Source of the DNA: an uncultured Pelagibacteraceae bacterium
Lineage (GTDB): Bacteria > Pseudomonadota > Alphaproteobacteria > Pelagibacterales > Pelagibacteraceae
NCBI GenBank assembly: GCA_902577075.1
Contig: CACGXV010000002.1
Location: forward strand, 42,858-106,857
Length of the DNA stretch: 64,000 bases
Direction: 5' to 3'
Position numbers and translations under genes: made by a program. Of this stretch, positions 52,738 to 63,812 are shown in pieces (positions within the stretch are counted from its first letter, which is position 1; every line of letters starts with the position of its first letter). The notes under the pieces are model-generated. The model saw only the letters and a list, made by a program, of their open reading frames with translations. It did no database searches and was not told where the DNA came from.

Positions 52738-53688
52738 CTACTTTTTTGATTTTGAAAATAAATAATAGTTATTTTTAATTTTTGGAACTTCAATTAATCT
52801 AGAAACTCTTTTTTTTTTTAAATTAATATTATTTAATTTTTTAAAATATTTTAAATTATCAATATTTTCAAAATTTTTTTGAAATGAGATTAATTGGTAA
52901 TCAAACTTACTTAATAATATATCAATATTTTTTCTCAACTTTAGAGGAGTTTCAGATAAAGACCAATTTGCAATAAATAATTTTTTTAAATTTTGATTTT
53001 GATAAATTATTTTTTTTAGATCTTTAAATGAATGGATTAATACAATTTTTTTATTTCTATTCTTATAACCGATTCCGACATCCAAATTATTTTTTTTGAT
53101 ATAATAGTATTGGAGCACATTAATTTCAGGAGTATCAAAAATAACATATTTTAATTTTGGGTTAATTTTAAAAAAAGTAGTAGCCATATTTCCATATCCT
53201 CCACCAAATTCAAAAATAAATTTATAATTTTTGATTTTCTTATCTGAGAATTCTTGATATTTTTTTAAATGATAAGTTTGAAAAATTTTATTTCCACTTG
53301 TCTGTGGATCCAAAAAATATCTTACAGGGTTACCAATATTATTTTCGTTAATAAGTTTTTTCCAGAAAGACCAGTTTTTTGATCTCTTCAATTCATTTAA
53401 ATATTGATTTAAAAATAGTCTGTTGTGTACAAAAAACATTTTTTGAATAAAAGAGTATTGTAAAAAATTCAGAAGTTTTTTATTTAAAATTATATTCAAT
53501 GTTTTATTACTAAATATTTTATGTGTTTTTTTATAATTAGATTTCTTAGATTTTAAAATGTTCTCCCCTAATATTTTTGCTTCCTCAGATAATTTTTTTT
53601 CTCTTTCGTTATTTAATTCATTTTTATTATAGAAAATACTTAGAGAAGCTCTAATCTTTCTTTGGATATCTATTATCTGACTAATCAC
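52738..53688 (-). CDS. Putative sugar O-methyltransferase
   Basis: FEFGGGYG, YVIFD.PE...LQYYY, ANWSLSE. Confidence 0.72.
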   Translation of the reverse strand: MISQIIDIQRKIRASLSIFYNKNELNNEREKKLSEEAKILGENILKSKKSNYKKTHKIFSNKTLNIILNKKLLNFLQYSFIQKMFFVHNRLFLNQYLNELKRSKNWSFWKKLINENNIGNPVRYFLDPQTSGNKIFQTYHLKKYQEFSDKKIKNYKFIFEFGGGYGNMATTFFKINPKLKYVIFDTPEINVLQYYYIKKNNLDVGIGYKNRNKKIVLIHSFKDLKKIIYQNQNLKKLFIANWSLSETPLKLRKNIDILLSKFDYQLISFQKNFENIDNLKYFKKLNNINLKKKRVSRLIEVPKIKNNYYLFSKSKK

Positions 53689-54773
53689 AAATTATCTGTT
53701 TTTTTGATTACAAAATTATATAGCTTTCTACAGTTTTCTTCCATTGAAATACTCTTAATTTTTTGTTTAGAAATTTTGTAATTTTTTTTTTTAGCTTGAA
53801 ATAAATTAATTGCTTTTAAAAATTTTATTTTATTATTAGCGATTATTATATCTCGATTTTTTTCATAATTGATTCCTTCTATGCCTTTTTCAGTTGATAT
53901 AATTCTATTATTCCAAATTAATGCCTCTAAAATTTTTATTCTTGTTCCATAACCTTCAAATATCGGTACTAATAAACATATTGACTTTCTATGTAAGTAT
54001 TTAAGTTCACTTGTAGATACAAAATTTAAATTAATAACATTTTTACTATAAAATTTAATTTTATGATTTCCGGTTATAACTAGAAAAATTTTCTTTTTTA
54101 TAAGCTCTGGTATTAAATATTTAATAATATAATCAATTGCTACTTTGTTAGGTCTATAATCATATGATCCACTAAATAAAATAAATTTTTTGGGTAATTT
54201 TCTTTTAGTTTTTTTTTCCTTAAAATTTTTAAGTTTTTTAATATTGAGCGAGTTTGGAAAAAGATATGTATTTTTGTTATACAGTCTCTTAAACCCCATT
54301 TTTTCTTTATTAGAGACAGATGTACTTATATTTGAGTAATTTATAACAAAATTTTCAAAAATATTTGTTAAGTAACATATTAATAAATTGGAGTTTGCTT
54401 TTCTAATTTCGTATTCAATACTATGAGATCTATAAATAATAAATATATTTTTTTGGAAGTATTTAAAAAACAAAATTGTTACAAAGGAATAGAAGATCCA
54501 GCTTGGCCCCTCTAATATTAGTATTTTTTTTTTTTCATTTTGAAAATATTGTTTGATAGCTAAGATTAAATTTAAAATTTTAAAAATTTTAAAAATTGGT
54601 CTATTTTTTTTTATTGTTATTGTTTTAATACTTTTACTATTTAATTTTTTTTCTGAAAGTTGAAAAAGTTTTTTTTCTTTTATTGGCCAAGATAAAAAGA
54701 AATCAGAACATACTCTTCCAGAACCTGTTTTGGGTGGATAACTATCAAAGAATGTTACAATCGCACATTTCAT
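53685..54773 (-). CDS. Glycosyltransferase (GT-B, family 4-like)
   Basis: YPPKTGSG, HSIEYE, FSGSYDY.PN, VPIFEGYGTRIKILEA, STEKGIEG. Confidence 0.82.
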   Translation of the reverse strand: MKCAIVTFFDSYPPKTGSGRVCSDFFLSWPIKEKKLFQLSEKKLNSKSIKTITIKKNRPIFKIFKILNLILAIKQYFQNEKKKILILEGPSWIFYSFVTILFFKYFQKNIFIIYRSHSIEYEIRKANSNLLICYLTNIFENFVINYSNISTSVSNKEKMGFKRLYNKNTYLFPNSLNIKKLKNFKEKKTKRKLPKKFILFSGSYDYRPNKVAIDYIIKYLIPELIKKKIFLVITGNHKIKFYSKNVINLNFVSTSELKYLHRKSICLLVPIFEGYGTRIKILEALIWNNRIISTEKGIEGINYEKNRDIIIANNKIKFLKAINLFQAKKKNYKISKQKIKSISMEENCRKLYNFVIKKTDNL

Positions 54774-56008
54774 AAATTATAATAAAAGTAAGATCCTATT
54801 AAAAATATTGTGTAATAAGAAACTGAAAAATATATATAGTTAAATATTTTTTTGGTTTCTGTAGATTTTGATAAAAAAAGAATATTAATGGCTATAAAGG
54901 TGATTGGATCAAAATATTCTTGAAAAACAATATCAATTGTTGAAAAAACTAATGTTATTAGCGAAAATAGTATCAAAATTTTCTTTTCGAAGAAACAATT
55001 TAAGTAAATAAGAAATGTCCCTGAAAATATAGATAAAATTAAACTTAAAAAAAATTTATTTAAATTAAATAAGTATATAATTTTTGTTAATACTCCACCA
55101 CCAATTGTAATTAAATCGGAGAAAAATATGAGGATTAAAAAGCATGCAGAGGATAAAAATATATAAATATATTTTTTTTTTATAAATTTAACTAAATCAA
55201 ATAGATCTTTAAAATTTAACAACATTGTTGGCACAAAATATATAAACAAGATTGATAAAATAAATGGTAAATTTACTAAACTTATACTTAAACCTCTTTG
55301 ATCTTGAGCCATTGGTGGTAATAAGCCATTCCAAATGTAAAAAAAATAAAGCATAGGTAAATTAAAAATTAACAAAGCAAAAAATATTAAAATATTTTTT
55401 TTGTCAAAAATTTTGTTGAAATTGAAAAATTCATAACAGTAGAAAATAAGTAAAAATATATAACTTTGTCTAGAAAGCACTGTTAGTGAGGCAGCTAGCA
55501 AACATAGTATTTGATTTGAAAAGTTTTTATTAGAATTAGATTTTTCATAAAAAAATAGGCTTAAAACAAAGAAGAAAACTCCAATTATTTCTTCTAATCC
55601 CCAAAATGTTGAGCTTCTTAGATAAGGACTTAATAAAACAATACTTGACAAGAGTAATAAACTAGAATTTTCAATTTTATTACCTGATAATTTTTTTTTT
55701 AAAGTTAGATAAAAGAAAAAAAATATAAAAATTGAAAAAAATATATTTGTGGTTACCAACTCAATAAATTCGATGTCTTTGAATATAATTTTATTAAAAA
55801 TATAAAATAAAGGTAGAGAAGTAGATTTGTATATATCCCATGGAATTTCCCTCAGAGAGTAGATATTAAATAAATTAACATTATTTAAAATTGAGACAGA
55901 ATCGTTTTCTGCTCCTCCTGATGAATTTTCACCTATAACTAAGCCAAAGATAAAAGAACTAATTATTAATAAAACTAATAAATAATTTATAAAAATATAA
56001 TTTTTCAA
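54770..56008 (-). CDS. Polytopic membrane protein, probable GT-C-type glycosyltransferase
   Basis: About 11 TM segments, acidic first loop (SSGGAEND), LSPYLRSS.FW, RQ and FQEYFDP motifs; adjacent to a GtrB-like gene. Confidence 0.55.
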   Translation of the reverse strand: MKNYIFINYLLVLLIISSFIFGLVIGENSSGGAENDSVSILNNVNLFNIYSLREIPWDIYKSTSLPLFYIFNKIIFKDIEFIELVTTNIFFSIFIFFFFYLTLKKKLSGNKIENSSLLLLSSIVLLSPYLRSSTFWGLEEIIGVFFFVLSLFFYEKSNSNKNFSNQILCLLAASLTVLSRQSYIFLLIFYCYEFFNFNKIFDKKNILIFFALLIFNLPMLYFFYIWNGLLPPMAQDQRGLSISLVNLPFILSILFIYFVPTMLLNFKDLFDLVKFIKKKYIYIFLSSACFLILIFFSDLITIGGGVLTKIIYLFNLNKFFLSLILSIFSGTFLIYLNCFFEKKILILFSLITLVFSTIDIVFQEYFDPITFIAINILFLSKSTETKKIFNYIYFSVSYYTIFLIGSYFYYNL

Positions 56009-56016
56009 ACTGAATA

Positions 56017-56943
56017 TTAAAAATTAAATCTTTCTTTTTCTACTACCATAGGAAGATTTCTAACATGTAATAGTATAATATTTATATATTCTCCCAATAG
56101 TCCTAAAAACAAAATTTGAAATCCACTTATTGCGAACAACCCAATTAACAAAGGTGCTTTACCCATTTCAAATTCAGTCCAAAGAAATAATTTTAGTAAA
56201 AGAAAAATTATAGCACAAGAGAAAGAGACAATACTTATTAAAAGTCCACAAATCGTCATAAACCTCAAAGGAACCTTTGAATGTTTTATTATCCCAAGTA
56301 TTGCAACATCAGCAAGCGAGAAAAGATTATTGCTTGATTTTCCTTTTTTTCTTATAGGTTGATTAAATTTTAGTAAGTTAATTTGGGGACCAAGTTCAGC
56401 TAACAAACCTCTGAGGTATGGAATTGGATCATTAATTTTTTTTATAATATCAACAATCGATTTATCAATTATTCCTGATCCTGTTGTATTTTGTGTAAGT
56501 TTTACGTTTGAAATTTTACTCAAAAACCAATAATAAAATTTTTTTAAAATACTGATCACATTTTTTTCTTCAGAGCTTTCTTTTTGCAACAATGTAACTT
56601 TATTTCCATTTTCCCAAGACTGGATTAAATCCGGAATTAATTCAGGTGGATCTTGAAAATCTGCGTTTAATAAAATAACTGCATTTCCAGAGGTTTGCTT
56701 TATAGCATGCACTGGGGAAGCTAATTGGCCATAATTTTTGTTGTTAACAATTAATTTTACTGAATTATTTTTTTTTATTATCTCTTTTACTATTTGGACT
56801 GTTTTATCTAACGAATTATTATCGATTATTATATGTTCATATCTTACATTTAACTTGATAAAGATTTTTTCTACTCTTAAACATAACTCTTTTATATTTT
56901 CTTCTTCATTAAATGTTGGTGTAACAATACTTATAAATGACAT
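56017..56943 (-). CDS. GtrB-like polyprenol-phosphate glycosyltransferase (GT2 with two C-terminal TM segments)
   Basis: PTFNEEENI, IDNNS.D.T, NYGQ, ADFQDPPELI, R..GKS, LGLLGEYI. Confidence 0.88.
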   Translation of the reverse strand: MSFISIVTPTFNEEENIKELCLRVEKIFIKLNVRYEHIIIDNNSLDKTVQIVKEIIKKNNSVKLIVNNKNYGQLASPVHAIKQTSGNAVILLNADFQDPPELIPDLIQSWENGNKVTLLQKESSEEKNVISILKKFYYWFLSKISNVKLTQNTTGSGIIDKSIVDIIKKINDPIPYLRGLLAELGPQINLLKFNQPIRKKGKSSNNLFSLADVAILGIIKHSKVPLRFMTICGLLISIVSFSCAIIFLLLKLFLWTEFEMGKAPLLIGLFAISGFQILFLGLLGEYINIILLHVRNLPMVVEKERFNF

Positions 56944-56989
56944 ATAATTTTTTTTTAATATACTAAATTTAATTATAAATATTCTAAAA

Positions 56990-57916
56990 ATGGAAATGTT
57001 AAAACAAAAAAAAATTGTATTAATTATATTTCTTATAACAATTTCTTTAATAACATTAAAAGTAATTGATATAATATTATATAAATATTATGGTCTCGGA
57101 AAGCCTATTTTATATTCTAGCTCAAAACAATATGGGTATTTTATTAAACCTAATCAAAATATAATCAGAAGAGGGAAAAATATATATATTAATAATTTGG
57201 GTATGCGATCAACAAATTTATCAAATAATGAAAAAGATAAATTTAGAATATTGTTTTATGGAGACAGCGTAACTTATGGTGGCTCAATTGTTAACAATGA
57301 AGATTTATTTTCTGAGAAAGTTTGTAACAATCTAAACGAAAATGGTATTATGTTTGAATGTGGCAATTATGGAACAAATGGGTATAGTTTATTTTCAATA
57401 ATTAGAAGAATTAAATATACAGAATTAGATAACACTGACTTAATCATTTTGACATTAATTGGAAACAATTTTCCAAGAACATTTCATAGTGTGTTAAGCC
57501 AACCGTTCTGGTCAAAGAATATTAACAACTTTTTCCCAGCACTAACTGAGGTTTTGTTTATATATATAGATAAGTACAGAAATGAATTAAAATATGATTT
57601 AGGTAATGAGGAAATTCATAAAAATATTGATTTAAAATATTATGATGACCTAATCAAAGAGCTAGATCAAACTCTAGAAGACAAAAAGATAAACTACATG
57701 ATTTTTTATTCGCCTTCTCTTATTGAAATAAAAAATAAAGACTATTATAACTTTAAAAACTATTTTGATAGCTTTGAAAATTTCTATGATCTTTCAGAAA
57801 TTCCAATTCAGAACAAAAAAAAATTTTATTTTGATAATGTTCACTTAAATAAATATGGTCATAGTGTTTATTCAAAATATATGGCAGAAAAAATTTTATT
57901 ATTATTAGAAGGCTAA
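56990..57916 (+). CDS. SGNH/GDSL hydrolase family membrane-anchored protein
   Basis: N-terminal TM segment, INNLGMR, YGDSVTYG, N.GTNGY, DNVHLN..GH. Confidence 0.78.
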   Translation: MEMLKQKKIVLIIFLITISLITLKVIDIILYKYYGLGKPILYSSSKQYGYFIKPNQNIIRRGKNIYINNLGMRSTNLSNNEKDKFRILFYGDSVTYGGSIVNNEDLFSEKVCNNLNENGIMFECGNYGTNGYSLFSIIRRIKYTELDNTDLIILTLIGNNFPRTFHSVLSQPFWSKNINNFFPALTEVLFIYIDKYRNELKYDLGNEEIHKNIDLKYYDDLIKELDQTLEDKKINYMIFYSPSLIEIKNKDYYNFKNYFDSFENFYDLSEIPIQNKKKFYFDNVHLNKYGHSVYSKYMAEKILLLLEG

Positions 57917-58983
57917 ATTTTATTAATATAACTTTTAACAAACCTCATGCTTACTTCGAAAACAGTTTCATTTTTTGTCATTTGATTCCAATTTAAAATT
58001 ATATCAACTGTTTCTGGAAGTGAAAATTTAGGCCTCCAATTAAGTTTTTTCTTTGATTTTAATGCACTGAGTTTTAAAGTGGAAGTTTCTTTTTCGATTT
58101 GTTTTTCTTTTTTTGTTTTGACAATAATTTTTTTTCTATTTAATTTCGATTTTTGAAAAAGATTTACTAATTTTTTTACGCTTATAGAGTCTTTATTGTT
58201 AGGAGCAAAATTCCAAGAGTCAAAAATTTCATTATTTTTTGAAAAAAATTTTTTTTTGGCTAATAAGGTATATCCATAAACAGGTTCCAAAACATACTGC
58301 CAGGGTCTTATATATCCAGGATTTCTTAGCAATAATGTTTTATTAAAATTCAGTGCATCTAAATAATCAGGAACAATTCTATTTTTTGAATAATCACCTC
58401 CACCAATAACATTTCCAGCTCTTGCTGTTGATATACTTGGTTTTTTTTCTTTAAAATAAGAGTATTTGTAGCTTTCTGAAACTAATTCAACACACGTTTT
58501 TGAAGTACCATATGGGTCAGATGCGCCAAGATTATCTCTTTCTGAATAAAATGGGTCATTTTTTTTTATTTTATAAACTTTATCTGTTGTAATAATTATT
58601 ACTGTTTTGATGGTATTTATTTTTTTTATTGACTCAAGTAAGTTTAATGTTCCTATCACATTAACATTAAAAGTATCTTTTGGATTTTTATAAGAATCCA
58701 CAACTAAGGGCTGGGCCGCTAAATGGAAAATTATTTGGGGTTTTATTTTCTTAATATTATAACTTAATCTATTATAATTTAGAATATTTGAATAAATTGA
58801 TTTAGCAAAAATTCTACTTAGTTTAGCTTTTTGAAATAAATGACCATTCTCTGGTTTTAATGAGTATCCATATAATTTTGCTCCAAAATTGTATAACAAT
58901 AAAGATAGCCATGACCCTTTAAATCCTGTGTGACCTGTAATTAAAACTTTTTTATTTCTCCAAAAATTATAATCATTGTTCAT
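57913..58983 (-). CDS. rfbG: CDP-glucose 4,6-dehydratase
   Basis: FW..K.VLITGHTGFKGSWL, HLAAQPLV, TTDKVY, DPYGTSK, RAGNVIGGGD, RPWQ.VLEP. Confidence 0.94.
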   Translation of the reverse strand: MNNDYNFWRNKKVLITGHTGFKGSWLSLLLYNFGAKLYGYSLKPENGHLFQKAKLSRIFAKSIYSNILNYNRLSYNIKKIKPQIIFHLAAQPLVVDSYKNPKDTFNVNVIGTLNLLESIKKINTIKTVIIITTDKVYKIKKNDPFYSERDNLGASDPYGTSKTCVELVSESYKYSYFKEKKPSISTARAGNVIGGGDYSKNRIVPDYLDALNFNKTLLLRNPGYIRPWQYVLEPVYGYTLLAKKKFFSKNNEIFDSWNFAPNNKDSISVKKLVNLFQKSKLNRKKIIVKTKKEKQIEKETSTLKLSALKSKKKLNWRPKFSLPETVDIILNWNQMTKNETVFEVSMRFVKSYINKI

Positions 58984-58984
58984 T

Positions 58985-59746
58985 CTAAGTTTTCCAAGGA
59001 CAATTTGGCATTCTCCATAAATTTTCCAAATGTTCTTTGTCCCTTATTGTATCCATTGGATACCAAAATCCTGAATGTTTGTAACCTAACAATTGACCTT
59101 CTTTAGAAAGATTAGAAAGTGGTTCTTTCTCCCATACTGTATTATCATCAACAATATAATTAAGAATTTTTTTATTAAGTACAAAAAACCCGCCATTTAT
59201 CCAGCCACCATCTCCTTTTGGTTTTTCAACAAAATTAGTAACAATATTTTTTTTTAAATTTATTGATCCAAATCTACCAGCTGGCTGAACTACTGTAATT
59301 GTAGCTAGTTTTTTATTTCTTTGGTGAAATTTTATACTTTCAGTAATGTTTACGTTAGAAAGTCCGTCACCATAAGTCAAACAGAATGTACCTTTTAAAT
59401 ACTTTTTAATTCTTTTAATTCTTCCACCAGTTTGTGTTTCTGCTCCAGTATCAATTAAAGTAATTTTCCATTTTTCAAAATTATTCTTATGATAGGTCAA
59501 TTTATTTTTTTTTAAATCAATTGTTATATCCGAAGAATAAATTCCAAAATTTGAAAAATATTCTTTAAGTAATTCTCCTTTATATCCACAACATATAATA
59601 AATTCATTTATACCGTGATGCGAATAGTGTTTCATAATATGCCAAATAATTGGTTTTCCACCAATTTCGATTAAAGGTTTTGGCCTTAATAGGCTTTCTT
59701 CAGATATTCTGGTTCCTCTTCCACCTGCTAAGATTACTGACTGCAT
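58985..59746 (-). CDS. rfbF: Glucose-1-phosphate cytidylyltransferase
   Basis: LAGGRGTRISEES..RPKPL.EIGG.PI.WHIMK, TGGRIKR, TYGDG, WINGGFF, FW.PMDT.RD. Likely start is ATG 59746. Confidence 0.95.
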   Translation of the reverse strand: MQSVILAGGRGTRISEESLLRPKPLIEIGGKPIIWHIMKHYSHHGINEFIICCGYKGELLKEYFSNFGIYSSDITIDLKKNKLTYHKNNFEKWKITLIDTGAETQTGGRIKRIKKYLKGTFCLTYGDGLSNVNITESIKFHQRNKKLATITVVQPAGRFGSINLKKNIVTNFVEKPKGDGGWINGGFFVLNKKILNYIVDDNTVWEKEPLSNLSKEGQLLGYKHSGFWYPMDTIRDKEHLENLWRMPNCPWKT

Positions 59747-59784
59747 TAAAGATATATACAATTAAAATGATGAAATTGAAAATT

Positions 59785-60978
59785 TTATTTATTATATTTA
59801 TCAACAAAATCACTAATTAATTCATCTAGTTTTTTTTGCTTTTTTATAAGATTGAATAATCTTGACTGATTATTTTTATAAAATTGATATTTTTTTTTAT
59901 TATTAGATAGTTCAATAATTTTTTTAGATGAAATCCTAAAGTCCTCAATATTTTTAAACTGAAGAATGGGACCGAGTTTATATTTCTTGTTATACCATCC
60001 AAGTAAACCTAAATTGTTGGTAATTACAGGTTTCTGATAACTAATTGATGAATGAAATACACCACTAGACCCGAGGGGTGTATTTTTATAAACGCACCAG
60101 ACTGCATTTATATTAGAAAATAAATAAGTTTCTTCAGCAGGATAAATAAACCTATTGAGTATTTTAAAATTAGCGTCAACACTTTTCTTAACAAGATTTT
60201 TTTTATTTAGAATTTTTTTTGCCTCAATATTTTGTTTTCCTGCAACTATAATATTTATTTTAATATAATTTTTTATTTTTTTGGTAATTTCTATCAATTC
60301 CTCTAAAGACTTTGAATTTCTAATAGCTCCATAAACTAAAACATTAAAAAATCCTTTAGCAATCGATGATTTAATTCTAGATTTTTTATTAACTTTATTT
60401 ACCGGTTCATTAAAGAAAATTATTTTGTTATTAAATTTTTTATTAATTGAGAAATTATAAAATAAAATATCATTACTAAAAATTTTTTCTAAATATTTAT
60501 TAGAAATTAACTTATATAATAGGTATTTATATAAAAAATATTTGATACCTATTTTTTTATTTTGATATTGATGAACTCTAGGATTTACTAAGATTCCTGA
60601 AAATTTCACAGAGTCAAAAGGATTACTAAAAAAACATAAAACTTTATCTATGTGATCAAGATTTGTAAAAAAAATTTTATCGAATTTTAATTTTCTATTG
60701 TATTTTTTTATCTTTAAATTAAGATTTTTATAATTCTGAAATTGATTAATTAACAGATTTAAGAAGAACTTATTTTTTGAATAAATTAAATCGTCGCAAA
60801 ATATTATTTTTATTTTTTTATTTTCTCTTCTTAAAACTTTTAAAATTTCAAGTTTTAAAATTTTTTTTGAAGTTAAAATATAAATATCTACTTTTCCTTT
60901 AAGAGATTTTAAAACTGTGTTTACGTATAATGAAATAAAATGTCCTTTAGTCTCAGGTTCAACTATTAGAATTTTCAT
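59785..60978 (-). CDS. Glycosyltransferase (GT-B)
   Basis: EP...GH, YGAIRNSK, AGK, SSGVF......KPVI. Confidence 0.75.
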   Translation of the reverse strand: MKILIVEPETKGHFISLYVNTVLKSLKGKVDIYILTSKKILKLEILKVLRRENKKIKIIFCDDLIYSKNKFFLNLLINQFQNYKNLNLKIKKYNRKLKFDKIFFTNLDHIDKVLCFFSNPFDSVKFSGILVNPRVHQYQNKKIGIKYFLYKYLLYKLISNKYLEKIFSNDILFYNFSINKKFNNKIIFFNEPVNKVNKKSRIKSSIAKGFFNVLVYGAIRNSKSLEELIEITKKIKNYIKINIIVAGKQNIEAKKILNKKNLVKKSVDANFKILNRFIYPAEETYLFSNINAVWCVYKNTPLGSSGVFHSSISYQKPVITNNLGLLGWYNKKYKLGPILQFKNIEDFRISSKKIIELSNNKKKYQFYKNNQSRLFNLIKKQKKLDELISDFVDKYNK

Positions 60979-61742
60979 TAAAGTTTTTTTACCTTTGAGA
61001 CTATAAAATAAATAAATGAAAAAAATAATCTAAAATACTTTAATAAAGGTATTATACATTTATTTTTATTTAATTCTTTATAATAAAAAGTTAAATTTTT
61101 CTGCATTTGTCCATCCCATTTTCTTTGAACACCCAACGGTAAATTTAAAGGATAAGGTTTTGATATCTCTGAAAATTTTTTCCACAAGTAGAAATCCCCA
61201 GCCATTTTATAGTTCTTGTTAAACCCTCCAACTTTATTAAACAAATCTCTACTAAACATTGTGCTCTCTTGTTGTATAAACCCCCATCCACAATTATGAG
61301 CAAATCCATTTTTAATTATTTGTCTTGGATAAACATATGGAAATAGTGAAATAGAAAATTTCATCTTTTCATATTTAAAACTAGTTTTGCAATTTATCCA
61401 ATTAATATTTTGATTACTCATTAGAAATTTTTTAATATTTTCTAAAACATAATCATTCTTTAAAAAGTCATCTGAATTAAGCCAAAAAAAATATTTTCCA
61501 TTACAATTTGAAAAACCTTTGTTTAAAGCATCGTACATGCCATCATCTTTTTCTGAAATGAATTTAGTAATACCAGAAAGATATTTTTCAATTATTTTTT
61601 TTGAATTATCGCTCGATCTATTATCAACAATTATGTATTCATAATCTTTTATTGATTGATTAAGAATACTTGTAATAGTTTTTTCTAAATATCTTTCACC
61701 ATTTGAGACAGGTGTTACTATAGAAAAAAAAGGACGTTCCAT
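60978..61742 (-). CDS. Glycosyltransferase family 2 (WcaE-like)
   Basis: FSIVTP, SEKDDGMYDALNKG, WLNSDD, IQQES. Confidence 0.88.
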   Translation of the reverse strand: MERPFFSIVTPVSNGERYLEKTITSILNQSIKDYEYIIVDNRSSDNSKKIIEKYLSGITKFISEKDDGMYDALNKGFSNCNGKYFFWLNSDDFLKNDYVLENIKKFLMSNQNINWINCKTSFKYEKMKFSISLFPYVYPRQIIKNGFAHNCGWGFIQQESTMFSRDLFNKVGGFNKNYKMAGDFYLWKKFSEISKPYPLNLPLGVQRKWDGQMQKNLTFYYKELNKNKCIIPLLKYFRLFFSFIYFIVSKVKKL

Positions 61743-61756
61743 CTTTCCTCTTATAA

Positions 61757-62674
61757 CTATAAACCAGAATTTAAGAAATAATTATAATATTCTCTTAGAC
61801 CATTTTTAATTTTAATTTTTGCTTTCCAACCTAAATTGTCTAGAACTTTAGTGTCTAACTTTCTTTTTTTAACACCATCAGGATATAATTTGTTATAAAA
61901 TACTTGGCCTTTGTATCCAGTTATTGATTTTATTATTTTGACCAGATCTCTTATTTTTAAATAATCTTTACTACCAACATTAATATAGGGTTTATTAATT
62001 TTTTTATTTATTACAAATTTTACAGCGGAGGCTAAATCATCCACATTTAAAAATTCTCTTTTCACATTTCCAGATCCCCATACTTCCACAGATGTATGAG
62101 ACTTAATTTTTGCAATATGAAATTTTTTTATTAAGGCTGGGATAACATGACTTGATTTTAAGTTAAAATTATCTCCCTCCCCATATAAATTTGTTGGTTG
62201 TAACGTAATAAAATTTTTTTTATATTTTAAATTTAAGTACTCACAAAATTTTAAAGATGAAATTTTAGCTATTGCATATCCCTCATTTGTCTTTTCTAAC
62301 CTAGAAGATAATAAATATTCCTCCTTTATAGGTTGCTTAACATTTCTAGGGTATATGCATGCAGAACCTAGATTTATAAACTTTTTTACGTTATACTTGT
62401 TAGCTGCTGCTATCAAATTAAAACCAATCATTGTATTTGTGTAAATATATTCATCTATATATGTTGCATTATCCAATATGCCACCTACTCTTCCTGCTGC
62501 ATTTACCACAATGTCAGGCTTATTTTTTTTAAACCATTTGTCTACTTTATTTTGATCAACTAAATCTAATTCTTTTCTCAAACAATTTATGATCTTAAAT
62601 TTTTTTTTTAAAACTTTCAAAATTGCACTACCAACCATTCCCTCTTGACCTGCAATATATAATTTTTTTTTCAC
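61757..62674 (-). CDS. fcl: GDP-L-fucose synthase family reductase/epimerase
   Basis: [49 protein letters not shown]...REF. Confidence 0.92.
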   Translation of the reverse strand: MKKKLYIAGQEGMVGSAILKVLKKKFKIINCLRKELDLVDQNKVDKWFKKNKPDIVVNAAGRVGGILDNATYIDEYIYTNTMIGFNLIAAANKYNVKKFINLGSACIYPRNVKQPIKEEYLLSSRLEKTNEGYAIAKISSLKFCEYLNLKYKKNFITLQPTNLYGEGDNFNLKSSHVIPALIKKFHIAKIKSHTSVEVWGSGNVKREFLNVDDLASAVKFVINKKINKPYINVGSKDYLKIRDLVKIIKSITGYKGQVFYNKLYPDGVKKRKLDTKVLDNLGWKAKIKIKNGLREYYNYFLNSGL

Positions 62675-63756
62675 TTATATTTTTTAATAGAATTTAGAAC
62701 TTCTTTTCTATCGGATACCATCATTTCCCTAATTAGGTCTTCTATGTTTGTTTTTGGTTTCCACCCCAACTTTTTTTGTGCTTTTTTTGAGTTACCTATT
62801 AAATTTTTAACATCAAGTGGTCTAAAATACTGTTTACTCACTCTTATAATAACATCATTTTTTTTAACTTTAAGTTTTTTCTTAATATCTAAATCAACAA
62901 TTACTGCTTTTTCATTTGTTCCTTTACCAACCCATTTAATTTTTATACCTAAAAATTTACAGCATCTTTCAACAAAAAATTTAACACTATACTGTTTTCC
63001 TGTTGCCACGACATAGTCTTCCGGTTTTTTTTGTTGAAGAATTTTCCATTGCATTAAAGCATAATCTCTCGCATGACCCCAATCTCTAAGAGAATAAATA
63101 TTTCCTAAATAAAGGCATTTATCTAAGCCTAATGCTATTCTGTTTAACCCTAATGTAATTTTCCTTGTTACAAAAGTTTCTCCTCTACGAGGAGATTCGT
63201 GGTTAAATAAAATTCCGTTACAAGCATAAATATTAAATGACTCTCTGTAATTTTTTGTTATCCAGAAAGCATAAAGCTTTGATACTGCATAAGGACTCAA
63301 GGGATAAAATGGCGTGCTCTCAGATTGTGATTTCTCCTGGATTTTTCCATAGAGCTCTGAAGAGGATGCCTGATAGAAACGTGTTTTTTTTAGTTTTAAA
63401 CTCCTTATTGCCTCTAATATTCTTAGGGCCCCTAAAGCATTTACATCAGAAGTATATTCTGGTATTTCAAAACTAGTTGCGACATGGCTTTGAGCTGCAA
63501 GATTGTAAATTTCTGTTGGTTTAATTGTATTTATCAAATTTAAAACTCTTAAAGAGTCAGAAATATCTCCATAATGTAAAAAGAATTTTTTTTTATATTT
63601 TTTATTTTCATAAATATGGTCTATTCTCTCTGTGTTAAATGATGACGATTTCCTTTTCATCCCATGAACTATATAATTTTTATTTAATAATACTTCAGCA
63701 AGATATGAACCATCTTGACCAGTTATTCCTGTAATAAATGCTATTTTTTTTTTCAT
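62671..63756 (-). CDS. gmd: GDP-mannose 4,6-dehydratase
   Basis: [58 protein letters not shown]. Confidence 0.97.
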   Translation of the reverse strand: MKKKIAFITGITGQDGSYLAEVLLNKNYIVHGMKRKSSSFNTERIDHIYENKKYKKKFFLHYGDISDSLRVLNLINTIKPTEIYNLAAQSHVATSFEIPEYTSDVNALGALRILEAIRSLKLKKTRFYQASSSELYGKIQEKSQSESTPFYPLSPYAVSKLYAFWITKNYRESFNIYACNGILFNHESPRRGETFVTRKITLGLNRIALGLDKCLYLGNIYSLRDWGHARDYALMQWKILQQKKPEDYVVATGKQYSVKFFVERCCKFLGIKIKWVGKGTNEKAVIVDLDIKKKLKVKKNDVIIRVSKQYFRPLDVKNLIGNSKKAQKKLGWKPKTNIEDLIREMMVSDRKEVLNSIKKYK

Positions 63757-63812
63757 GATTAAGTTAATAGAATTTTTGTGTAATAGTACTATAGATTTTT
63801 AAAAATAATATA

